The notes beneath the pieces were generated by a model. That model had not been told where the DNA came from. It did not search any database and saw only the letters and a list, made by a program, of their open reading frames with translations. This document shows positions 15,322-23,873 of a stretch of 24,000 nucleotides of DNA, piece after piece. Source of the stretch: Ilumatobacter sp. (GTDB lineage Bacteria; Actinomycetota; Acidimicrobiia; Acidimicrobiales; Ilumatobacteraceae); NCBI RefSeq assembly GCF_049588435.1, contig NZ_JBAVYV010000215.1, positions 1 through 24,000 of the forward strand. Direction: 5' to 3'. How positions within the stretch are numbered: position 1 is the first letter of the stretch; the number at the start of each line of letters is the position of its first letter. Position numbers and translations under genes: made by a program.

Positions 15322-15379
15322 TGCAACCGACTCCAAGTTCGATCTGACGTATCGTTCGACGACCCGGAGGAAGCGCTCC

Positions 15380-18300
15380 ATGTACGTCAGAGTCCTGGGT
15401 CCCGTCGAGGTCGAACGGGACGGTGAAGTCGTCAGAGTTGGTGGCTCCCAGCAACGCCGCCTGCTTGCGTGCCTCGTCGTGCATCGCGGCCAACTCGTGT
15501 CGACGGACCGCTTGGTCGAAGCTCTGTGGCCCGATGGTCTCGCTCCGGAAGGTGCCACGCGATCGATGCGGACCTACCTGTCACGCCTCCGCACGGTGCT
15601 CCCCGAGGGTTCGCTCGTTCATCGCTCGGCGGGCTACCAGCTCGATCTCGATACGATCACCCTCGACCTCGTTGAGTTCGACTCGTTGTTGGATGACTCG
15701 GGTTCGTCGATGCCCGACCAGCAGGTCGATCGGTTCGACGAGGCGCTCGCACTGTGGCGCGGAGCGCCATTCGGTGAGTTCACCGACGAGTGGTGGGCGT
15801 TGTCGGAATCGACCCGGCTCATCGAGCGACGCGCCAGCGCACGAGAGGACCGAGCCGCTGCGTTGATGGCGATGGGCCACCACGGACGGGCGATCGTCGA
15901 CCTCGAGCAGATCGTCTCAGCGTCCCCGATGAGGGAGCAACCCGTACGACTGTTGATGCAGGCTCTCGCCGTCACCGGGCGACGCTCCGACGCACTGCGC
16001 GCCGCCCGCGCCTTCCGGACCCGCCTGGCCGAGGAAACCGGCTTGGATCCGTCCCACGATCTGATCGACCTGGAGGGGGTCATCCTCTTCGATGATGCGG
16101 GCGCGGCACGGTCCGAAGGTCGCCCGCTCCGCGGCTACACGCTTCATGATGCGATCGGTGAGGGTGCGCACGGTCGGGTGTACACGGCGACCCAACCGGG
16201 GACAGACCGGTTGGTGGCCATCAAGGTGATTCGACCCGATCTCGCCGATTCGACCGAGTACGTGCGCCGCTTCGACACCGAGGCGCGACTCGTCGCGCGG
16301 CTGGAGCACCCGCACATCGTTCCCCTCTACGACTACTGGCGCGAACCGGGCGGTGCATTCCTGGTGTTTCGGCTGCTCACGGGTGGAACCGCCCGCGATT
16401 CGGTGGTCACGGGCGGCCCGTGGTCGATGCCGAGAGTCGCGCGGCTCGTCGAGGAAGTCGGTGGAGCGTTGATGGCGGCACACTCGCGCGGAGTCGCGCA
16501 CAACGATGTCAAGGCATCCAATGTGCTCCTCGACGACCAGGGAGCGGCGTACCTCACCGATTTCGGTATCGCGGTGGATGCACTCGCCCACGAGTGCGGC
16601 GATCGCACCGATGACGACCGGAAATCCCAACAACTCGACGTCGAAGGCCTCGCGTGGCTGGTGTGGGAACTGCTCACCGGAGAGCACCCGTCCGGCATCG
16701 GCCCGACGTCCGCCCCGTTCGTATCGTCTCGACACGCCGCACATGTCCCGAGCCTGATCGACCGTGCGACAGCGGTGCCGGATGGGCTCGACGCATTGTT
16801 GAGGTTGGCCGGAGCCCCGGGGGCGGGGGGCTTGACGGTCGCCGAGTTCGTCCTCGGCTGGCGTGCCGCGACGGGTACCGTCGATGGCCGCGCCAGCCCG
16901 ATCACGTCGAGCGACCGCCTCGCTGCCAACTCGGCACGCAGGCGCGCCGCGCACGCACTCACGCTCGCAACTGCCGCGGGAGTCAACCCCTACCGCGGCC
17001 TCCGTCCGTTCGACGTGGCCGATGCCGCCGGGTTCCACGGCCGCTCGAAGGCGGTGGACGACCTCGTCGAACTCGTCACGGTGCGTCGCCTGGTCACGGT
17101 GGTCGGCGCGTCGGGCTCGGGAAAGAGCTCGCTGGTTCGTGCCGGCCTCGTCCCTCGCCTTCAGGCTGAGGGCGTCGTCACCGTCACCACGGTCCCCGGC
17201 GACGACCCGATGGGTGCATTGGATCACGCACTGCGAGAGCTCTCCAGCGCCACTGATGTCGATGCCGCCGACGGACTCGAACGCACCGATGCGCTCGTCG
17301 GTGTCGCCCACCGTTTCGGACGAATCGTCGTCGTGGTCGACCAGTTCGAGGAGTGCTGGACCCGAGCGCGGTCCGATGATCGTGACCGATTCATCGACAT
17401 GGTGGTCGACGCGACACGAAACGATTCGCTCGACGTCTCGTTCGTGCTGACCGTCCGCGCCGATCTGTTGGACGCGCCGCTCGGGCATCCCCGTCTCGGG
17501 CGACTCCTGGGTGACGGCAACTATCTCGTTGCGCCGATGTCGCCGGCGGAACTCGACGAAGCGATCGTGCTGCCGGCAGCGGATGCCGGTGTCTCCTTCG
17601 GCGAGGGTGTCGTCGCGGAGCTGGTCGCGGGTGCCGCACATCGACCTGGGTCGCTGCCGCTGCTGCAGTTCGCCCTGACCGAACTCTACGACCGGCGCAT
17701 CGACGGCGAGATCGGACGAGCGGCCGTCGAATCGATCGGCGGGGTGGCCGGCGCGATCGGGCGTCGTGCCGAAGCGCTGTACCTCGAGAGCGACGACACC
17801 CAACGATCCGCCGCCAGGAGCCTGTTCGATCGTCTGGTCACTCCGGGTGATGGATCCCCCGACACCCGCCGGCGGGCGGCAGTCGGCGAACTCTCCAGCG
17901 ACATGAGCGCAGCGGCCGATCGATTCGTCGCAGCACGATTGCTCGTCACGGATCGCGATCCGGCGACGCGCGAGCCGACCGTCGAGGTGGCTCACGAGGC
18001 GCTGCTCGAACGGTGGCACCGCCTCGCCAAGTGGATCGACGAGGATCGTCGGTGGCTCGAGCAACTTCGACACCTGTCAGCGGCGACGCGTGCATGGGAC
18101 GGCGGTGGGCGTCACGACACCGAGCTGTACAGCGGCGCTCGTCTGGAAGCGGCAATCGACGCAATCGACCTCGACGATCGTCAAGTGTCGGGACTCGAGC
18201 GCGACTTCATCGAATCCGCCCGCGCGGCGCGAGACGCAGAGGTCGTTGCCGCTCGTAGGACGACCCGGCGACTTCGTCGGCGCCTCACTGCGACCGCAGT

Positions 18301-20557
18301 AGCGCTGGTCATCGCGCTGGTGGCCGGAACCGTGGCGATTGTGCAGCGACGCGACGCACTGGACGCCTCGGACCGTTCCATCGCAGCGGATCGCTCCGCA
18401 CAGATCGAGGCGCTGGTCGGTCGCGCCGAGTCGCTGCGGCCGACACAGCGCGACACCGCCGCCCTCCTCGCGGTCGAAGCCCATCGCCTCGCCGACACTC
18501 CCCGGACTCGGTCGGCGCTCTTCGCAACGTTCACCGACGACGAGCGGTTTCTCGACGCCCGCCGGCTCGATGGCGACCGCGGCACGGGTGGCCTCGTGAT
18601 GCCCGATGGAGAGTCGGCCTACCTCACCGGACAGGACGGGGTCCTGCGCCCCTACGACCTTGAAACCGGACAGCTCGGCGCAGCACTGCCGAACGTCGGT
18701 GACGGAGATCCGTTTCCCGTCCTTGTCGCAGCCCCCGACGGACACCTTGCGATCGGGTCGAGGTCCGACACCCGAATCGGACCGACGACCGTCGGAGTCC
18801 TCGACCCAGCGACCGGCGCATTCGCGTTCGAGCCCGTCGTCATCGACGGCGTCGTGACGTCGATGCAGTTCCTCGATGGGCGTCTCGCTCTCGCGATCGG
18901 CGAGAAAGGCAGCCTCGTGTCGATCGACACCGAAACGGGGGAGGAGACCGGATCCGTCCCGGGGGTGGAACTCGCGGACGACGACATCATCTGGACGGTG
19001 GACCGACTCCTCCGTCGACCGTCGGCGGTCGCCACTGCGGATGGGCAGGTGGTACTCGGCTCCGGTGACGGCTCACTGCGCATCCTTCAGCCAGACACGT
19101 TGGCGACGACCAGGACGATCGCACTCGCGCCGGAGACGGTGTCGAGACTCTGGCCGCTCGACGACGGGACGATCGTGACGTCCGGTCGCCTCGGCGTGTC
19201 ACGGGTCGACCTGGTCACCGGAGAGGCGATGTGGTTCGACACCGAGTTCGAACGTTGCGTCAACCTCACCGTTGCTGAGGAGGCAGGAGTGCTCTTTTGC
19301 GGTGACCCGTACGGACGACTCGAAGAACGCGATCTGACCACCGGTGCCGTTCGGCGGCGTCTCGATGCGCAGAACGGAAACAGCGGATCGCTCTGGATCG
19401 CCAACGACGGCACCGAACTCGTCAGCTTCGGAAACAACGAGCCGGTGGTTTCGCGATGGCGTCTCGATCGCTCCGGCCCGATCACCCGGGTCGTGGCTCC
19501 AGGCTGGACCCCCTCCGACTTCGACCACAGCGGCGGTCGTCTCCTCGTCGATCGCGGTGACCCGCTCTCACTGACTTATCAGGCGAAGGTCGTGAACACA
19601 CAGGATGGGTCCGACGTCGCCACGATCGCCGACCAGTTCGATCCCGACCGGGTGGAACGCGACTTGCTGGTGCCCGGGTGGTCGGGCCCTGACGAACTGG
19701 TGGGCATCGCGCTGACCCCTGAGGGAGGCGTCGAACACGGTCGAGTCGACGTCTCCGCCGCGGCCGGACCTCAAACGAACGGATCGGACGTGCGATGGCA
19801 GGCACCGTTCGAGATCCGTGACAATCGCCTCGACACCGGCAAGGACCGAATCCTGTATCGGTATGCAGACGATTCGCTCGCCGCCCTCGACACCGATGGG
19901 CTGGAGTACGGAGCCACGATTCCGATCGACGGGCTCGTGTCGTGGACGATCGATCGGTCCGGTGACCGGATCGCCGCCGGAACGAGTAGCGGAGTCCGGA
20001 TCTTCGATGCCGACACCGGCCAACAGGTGGGCGCGATCCTGCGCGACGACCTGCGCGGCGCCTTCTACACGGCGACCGATCAGTTCTTCGTCAGCTCACT
20101 CGGTGGACAGCTGACCCAGTACGACGCGTCGACGCTCGAGCCGATTCGCACGTTCAACGGCAGTCGCGGACTGATCTTCGGAGTCGTCGGAACCGCTGAT
20201 GGCGGTGTCATCGCGATCAACGGAGGTGACCGCAACGTCGCCCTGTTCGACGTCGCGACCAGCACGCAGATCGGCGGACCGATCTCACTCCGGCCCGACG
20301 AGCGCAATATCGCCCGATTGTCCCTCGACGGCCGGTGGCTGGCCGTCGGTGGGCTGGCGAACGAGAACGACGGTCTCCGCTCCGACCAGGTCGACCGTGC
20401 CCGCGGTACTCAGATCTGGGATCTCGACCCGGGAGTCTGGGAATCCGCGGCCTGCCGGCTCGCAGGTCGCAACCTCACCCCGGACGAGTGGGACTCCAAC
20501 ATCGGCGAGCTCGCGCCCTACCGGGCGACGTGTTCGGACGAAGTGGTCAAGAGCTGA
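15380..20557 (+). CDS. 1725-aa multidomain regulator: SARP (OmpR-type wHTH + BTAD) - atypical Ser/Thr kinase - STAND P-loop NTPase - hydrophobic helix - degenerate WD40-like beta-propeller
   Basis: GGAGG at 15366-15370, then ATG at 15380. The wHTH and BTAD regions run to about 16080. Kinase motifs: GEGAHG 16157-16174, VAIK 16214-16225, HNDVKASN 16499-16522, DFG 16559-16567. NTPase motifs: NPYRGLRPF 16985-17011, Walker A GASGSGKS 17105-17128, Walker B IVVVVDQFEE 17324-17353. The hydrophobic helix is at 18286-18345. Propeller-like repeats run to about 20430. The C-terminal tail AACRLAGRNLTPDEW is typical of actinobacterial WD40-STAND proteins. Confidence 0.9.
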   Translation: MYVRVLGPVEVERDGEVVRVGGSQQRRLLACLVVHRGQLVSTDRLVEALWPDGLAPEGATRSMRTYLSRLRTVLPEGSLVHRSAGYQLDLDTITLDLVEFDSLLDDSGSSMPDQQVDRFDEALALWRGAPFGEFTDEWWALSESTRLIERRASAREDRAAALMAMGHHGRAIVDLEQIVSASPMREQPVRLLMQALAVTGRRSDALRAARAFRTRLAEETGLDPSHDLIDLEGVILFDDAGAARSEGRPLRGYTLHDAIGEGAHGRVYTATQPGTDRLVAIKVIRPDLADSTEYVRRFDTEARLVARLEHPHIVPLYDYWREPGGAFLVFRLLTGGTARDSVVTGGPWSMPRVARLVEEVGGALMAAHSRGVAHNDVKASNVLLDDQGAAYLTDFGIAVDALAHECGDRTDDDRKSQQLDVEGLAWLVWELLTGEHPSGIGPTSAPFVSSRHAAHVPSLIDRATAVPDGLDALLRLAGAPGAGGLTVAEFVLGWRAATGTVDGRASPITSSDRLAANSARRRAAHALTLATAAGVNPYRGLRPFDVADAAGFHGRSKAVDDLVELVTVRRLVTVVGASGSGKSSLVRAGLVPRLQAEGVVTVTTVPGDDPMGALDHALRELSSATDVDAADGLERTDALVGVAHRFGRIVVVVDQFEECWTRARSDDRDRFIDMVVDATRNDSLDVSFVLTVRADLLDAPLGHPRLGRLLGDGNYLVAPMSPAELDEAIVLPAADAGVSFGEGVVAELVAGAAHRPGSLPLLQFALTELYDRRIDGEIGRAAVESIGGVAGAIGRRAEALYLESDDTQRSAARSLFDRLVTPGDGSPDTRRRAAVGELSSDMSAAADRFVAARLLVTDRDPATREPTVEVAHEALLERWHRLAKWIDEDRRWLEQLRHLSAATRAWDGGGRHDTELYSGARLEAAIDAIDLDDRQVSGLERDFIESARAARDAEVVAARRTTRRLRRRLTATAVALVIALVAGTVAIVQRRDALDASDRSIAADRSAQIEALVGRAESLRPTQRDTAALLAVEAHRLADTPRTRSALFATFTDDERFLDARRLDGDRGTGGLVMPDGESAYLTGQDGVLRPYDLETGQLGAALPNVGDGDPFPVLVAAPDGHLAIGSRSDTRIGPTTVGVLDPATGAFAFEPVVIDGVVTSMQFLDGRLALAIGEKGSLVSIDTETGEETGSVPGVELADDDIIWTVDRLLRRPSAVATADGQVVLGSGDGSLRILQPDTLATTRTIALAPETVSRLWPLDDGTIVTSGRLGVSRVDLVTGEAMWFDTEFERCVNLTVAEEAGVLFCGDPYGRLEERDLTTGAVRRRLDAQNGNSGSLWIANDGTELVSFGNNEPVVSRWRLDRSGPITRVVAPGWTPSDFDHSGGRLLVDRGDPLSLTYQAKVVNTQDGSDVATIADQFDPDRVERDLLVPGWSGPDELVGIALTPEGGVEHGRVDVSAAAGPQTNGSDVRWQAPFEIRDNRLDTGKDRILYRYADDSLAALDTDGLEYGATIPIDGLVSWTIDRSGDRIAAGTSSGVRIFDADTGQQVGAILRDDLRGAFYTATDQFFVSSLGGQLTQYDASTLEPIRTFNGSRGLIFGVVGTADGGVIAINGGDRNVALFDVATSTQIGGPISLRPDERNIARLSLDGRWLAVGGLANENDGLRSDQVDRARGTQIWDLDPGVWESAACRLAGRNLTPDEWDSNIGELAPYRATCSDEVVKS

Positions 20558-20636
20558 GCGGGCATGGACGATCGCAGGCCGGTTCGGTATCGAGCAGATA
20601 TCTGGGACAGTGCCCGGTGGGATCACCACACCGCTC

Positions 20637-20697
20637 GTCGCGCATTTCGTCGCCGGCCGCACGGTTTCGCGACGAGAACGCTGGATCACCGGGTGGA
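20637..20697 (+). repeat. Copy 2 of the 59-61 nt direct repeat (first copy at 11051-11111)
   Basis: gtcgcgcatttcgtcgccggCcgcacggtttcgcgacgagaacgctggatcaccgggtgGa. It lies in the roughly 250-bp gap between the SARP-kinase-STAND stop (20557) and the cyclase-STAND start. Confidence 0.9.
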
Positions 20698-20812
20698 CGG
20701 GAAGTCAGCGAGCCCGGAACGTCATCTCTCCGGTGTTGATCGCCTTCGCGATGGGTTTCCCGGTTGTCCGGCGTCGGGACGAGCTCCGATTCGGATGTGG
20801 CAGGGTGTCGCG

Positions 20813-23545
20813 GTGGGGGAACTCCCGACCGGCACCGTGACATTCCTGTTCACCGATGTCGTCGCGAGCACTCGGCGGTGGCAAGAGCAGCCGGAGACGA
20901 TGGCGGCCGCGTTGGCCGCGCACGATGGCATCCTTCGCTCAGCGATTGCCGACCTCGGTGGATACGTGTTCTCCACGGCCGGCGATGCATTCGCGGCTGC
21001 GTTCTCGACAGCGTCCGATGCCATTGCCGCCGCCGTCGCTGCGCAGCGCGGACTCGCCGACGCCGAATGGCCAGGCGAGCTACGACTCGAGGTTCGGATG
21101 GGTATCAATACCGGTGAGTCCGTCGAGCGCGGTGGCGACTATTTCGGACCCACTTTGAACGTCGCAGCTCGGGCGATGTCGGTCGCTCACGGCGGCCAGA
21201 TCGTTTCGACCGATGCCTCAGCCCGTCTCGTCGGTCGACCCGCGCACGGTATCGATCTCGTCGAACTCGGTGCCCACGCGCTCCGCGACATCGAGGGTTC
21301 GGTCGTCCTGCACCAAGTCGTGGCCGACGGCATCCGCCAGGACTTCCCACCGTTGCGGACCACCGATGCCACTCGCGTGTCGCTTCCATCCACGCGAAGC
21401 AGTTTTGTCGGGCGGATCGACGACATCGCCCGCGTCCGTCATGCTCTCGAGACACACCGTCTCGTCACCCTGACCGGCGCCGGTGGTTGTGGGAAAACGA
21501 GACTGGCGGTCGAGGTCGCCTCGCGTGTCGTCGTTCGATTCGACGACGGCGTTCGCTTCGTCGACCTCGCTCGTGTCGGTGAGAACGCCGGTGTCGCCGA
21601 AGCGCTCGCCGTGGCCATCGACTTCATCCCCAGCTCGGCTGGGAAGATCGGGTCTCAAATTCGCCGACGGCTCGGCTCCGGGAGGCAGCTCCTCGTGGTC
21701 GACAACTGCGAGCACGTGATCGACGAAGTCGTCGAACAGGTCGACGCGATCCTCGTTGAATGCCCGAACGTCCGGGTCTTGGCGACCAGCCGCGAACCGC
21801 TCGATCTCGATGGCGAGCGCGTCGTGCGAGTTCCTCCGCTCGATCTCGACGGTGGCGGCGGGCGTCCGGCGGCGGAGATGCTCTTCATCGAGCGAATGGT
21901 CGATCTCGGGGTGACGGCCGACGGAGAAGTCGGGGCGTCCTCCGATGACGAGGCGATTGGCGCGATCTGTCGGCGCTTGGACGGGCTTCCGTTGGCGATC
22001 GAGCTTGCGGCGGCCCGGACTGCCGTGTTGTCGCCGGCGCAGATCGTTGAGCGTCTCGATGACCGGTTCTCGTTGCTCACTGGTGGTCGCCGCCGTACCA
22101 GGGGTCGACACCACACTCTGGAGGCGACGATCGGTTGGAGTTTCGATCTGCTCGATGACGGCGAGCGCGATGTGCTCCGGCGGATCTCGGTGATGCCCGG
22201 TGCCTTCGACCTCGAGATGGCGACCGCGGTGCTCGATGGTTCGCCGGCAGCGACGCTGGATCTTCTCGATGCGCTCGTCGCTCGCTCGTTGCTGCAATCC
22301 GTACGTGACGAGGGCGGCTCCCGGTTTCGGCTTCTCGAGACGATTCGGTCGTATGCGTACGACCGACTCGCCGAGCGCGGTGATGTCGAGGCAACGCGCG
22401 ATCGGCACAGCCGCCATGTGGCCGAGCGTCTCGACGGGATCGGACTCTTCTTTCACTCGATGCGCCCCGTTCAGGACCCGATCGCCGACGACGTTCTCGC
22501 TGCAATCGACTGGGCGAGGTCGCGTGGAGATCGCGCGCTCGCGGCGGACCTGCTCGCCGGTGGGCTCGGGGTCCCGATCGCCCGCGGTGCGTACGAGCGA
22601 GCGCTCGACGTCGCGGCGTGGGCGACGGCTGCAGATGATCCGTTGGTGCGCAGCCGAGCCAATCTGGCGCGCGGCTATCTGGCGATGGTCGCCGACAGCG
22701 AAGACACTTCTCCGTCGCGGTGTGCCGACGCTGCATTGGGAGAGGCCGGCGACGAATGGGTGCGCTGGCGGGGGAACGCCCACGTCTTGGCCATGGTGTA
22801 TTCGGTACTCAGCAATCGGGTTGTCTTTGCGGAGCACGTGCGCCTCGCCCGCGCGGCGATCGAGACCGGTGAATGCATGCCCGACACCGCAGCGCAGGTT
22901 GATTGGCTCGAGACGCTGGGGGAGCTGTGGCGGAGTGAGACCGTCGACGCCACCCGCCTTGCACGACCTGATCCGAACGTCCCCGTCGACGAGCTCGCGC
23001 TCGTGAATCTCTACGGTGTACGCCTGCTGGCACCGTTGTTCAACGGTGATGTCGCAGCGATCGAACGAGAACTGATCGACGCCGAGGCTGCCGCCGCGCG
23101 CAGGAGGTTCCTCGATGCAGGTGCCCGTGGCGAGCACTGGAGGCTGAGCTACGAAGCCATCCGGGGCGCTGCGATGTCCGTGATCGGTCGTGTCGACGAA
23201 GCCCGACATGACCTCGCCTCGGCTCTCCGATTGATCGGGCCGGACCCGATGCCAGGGATTGCCGAGGACTTCCTCGGGGCACTCGCCTGGACCTCCATCG
23301 CTGCGGGAGAACCCGCGCACGCAGCCGAACTCCTCGACGACACGTGGGTGATCGCGAGGTCACCGAGCACGATCGTGATGAACACCGTCGCCCAGGAACG
23401 AGCATTGGGACTCCCGGCGGATCCTGAACGTCGCACGTCGGAGCTCCTCCGCCGAATCCACCTCCGAGATGTCATCCGCCGCGAGAACCGGACGCGCCGC
23501 GCCCTCGAAGGCGAACTGGCGCGGCTCGGGCTCAGCTCGCGTTGA
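20813..23545 (+). CDS. Class III adenylate/guanylate cyclase - STAND (AAA/NB-ARC-like) NTPase - TPR-like C-terminal region; no C-terminal HTH detected
   Basis: Cyclase motifs: GTVTFLFTDVVAST, TAGDAFAAAF, RMGINTGE and GPTLNVAARAM. Walker A GAGGCGKT at 21476-21499 and Walker B LLVVDNCEHV. A long helical repeat region follows. The start is taken at GTG 20813 (M-GELPTGTVTFLFTD), which is a family-typical N-terminus. ATG 20795 is an alternative start. Track ORF start 20564 is rejected because of poor codon bias. Confidence 0.88.
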   Translation: MGELPTGTVTFLFTDVVASTRRWQEQPETMAAALAAHDGILRSAIADLGGYVFSTAGDAFAAAFSTASDAIAAAVAAQRGLADAEWPGELRLEVRMGINTGESVERGGDYFGPTLNVAARAMSVAHGGQIVSTDASARLVGRPAHGIDLVELGAHALRDIEGSVVLHQVVADGIRQDFPPLRTTDATRVSLPSTRSSFVGRIDDIARVRHALETHRLVTLTGAGGCGKTRLAVEVASRVVVRFDDGVRFVDLARVGENAGVAEALAVAIDFIPSSAGKIGSQIRRRLGSGRQLLVVDNCEHVIDEVVEQVDAILVECPNVRVLATSREPLDLDGERVVRVPPLDLDGGGGRPAAEMLFIERMVDLGVTADGEVGASSDDEAIGAICRRLDGLPLAIELAAARTAVLSPAQIVERLDDRFSLLTGGRRRTRGRHHTLEATIGWSFDLLDDGERDVLRRISVMPGAFDLEMATAVLDGSPAATLDLLDALVARSLLQSVRDEGGSRFRLLETIRSYAYDRLAERGDVEATRDRHSRHVAERLDGIGLFFHSMRPVQDPIADDVLAAIDWARSRGDRALAADLLAGGLGVPIARGAYERALDVAAWATAADDPLVRSRANLARGYLAMVADSEDTSPSRCADAALGEAGDEWVRWRGNAHVLAMVYSVLSNRVVFAEHVRLARAAIETGECMPDTAAQVDWLETLGELWRSETVDATRLARPDPNVPVDELALVNLYGVRLLAPLFNGDVAAIERELIDAEAAAARRRFLDAGARGEHWRLSYEAIRGAAMSVIGRVDEARHDLASALRLIGPDPMPGIAEDFLGALAWTSIAAGEPAHAAELLDDTWVIARSPSTIVMNTVAQERALGLPADPERRTSELLRRIHLRDVIRRENRTRRALEGELARLGLSSR

Positions 23546-23873
23546 GTGGGCTCGTGGCGGGGTCGCGGAGCGGCAGGAGCGCGTCCATCAGGTTGACCGG
23601 TTCCGAAGATCCAGCGCAGCGAGGTCGGCCAACGCTTCTTGCTTGGTCGTGAATGCGTCGTGCACGACGCTCATGGGCCCGGGCTCGAGAGACATCGGAC
23701 CCGACGGTAGTGCGTCGGCCGGATCGACCAGCGGTCGTGGCGGAGCTGCTCGGTGCACGTTCGTCCGCCCCGCAGCGGGCGTTCTTCCGGGGTTGGGCTG
23801 GTCTACGGTGGCCCTCGTGGCAGGCAACTGAGTTTTCCGTCCCCGACCCGAACCGACGAAGGAACTCACCACC

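Noticed and set aside
15917-18073. 718-aa minus-strand ORF, and other minus ORFs inside 15.4-20.5 kb
   Set aside because: These lie antisense to the SARP-kinase-STAND gene. Their open state is a typical high-GC artefact, and no domains are recognisable.
18286-18345. Predicted transmembrane helix (LTATAVALVIALVAGTVAIV) inside the SARP-kinase-STAND protein, which would imply a membrane-spanning regulator with an extracytoplasmic propeller
   Set aside because: A similar Arg-flanked hydrophobic helix is common between the NTPase and the WD40 region in this protein class. A DNA-binding N-terminus with an exported propeller is possible but cannot be decided from sequence, so it is not used for any localisation claim.
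11051-20697. Interpretation of the two direct repeats as attL/attR of an integrated mobile element
   Set aside because: There is no integrase, recombinase, transposase, tRNA or tmRNA gene, or terminal inverted repeat in or next to the bracketed block. The repeat is kept only as an unexplained repeat.
21218-23320. 700-aa minus-strand ORF
   Set aside because: It lies antisense to the cyclase-STAND-TPR gene, has low-complexity Arg/Gly/Pro composition, and shows no motifs.
23588-23700. Short minus-strand ORF (MSLEPGPMSVVHDAFTTKQEALADLAALDLRNRST) in the 328-bp gap before the last SDR
   Set aside because: It is only about 36 aa, with no Shine-Dalgarno sequence and no family recognition. It may be a remnant and the evidence is insufficient.
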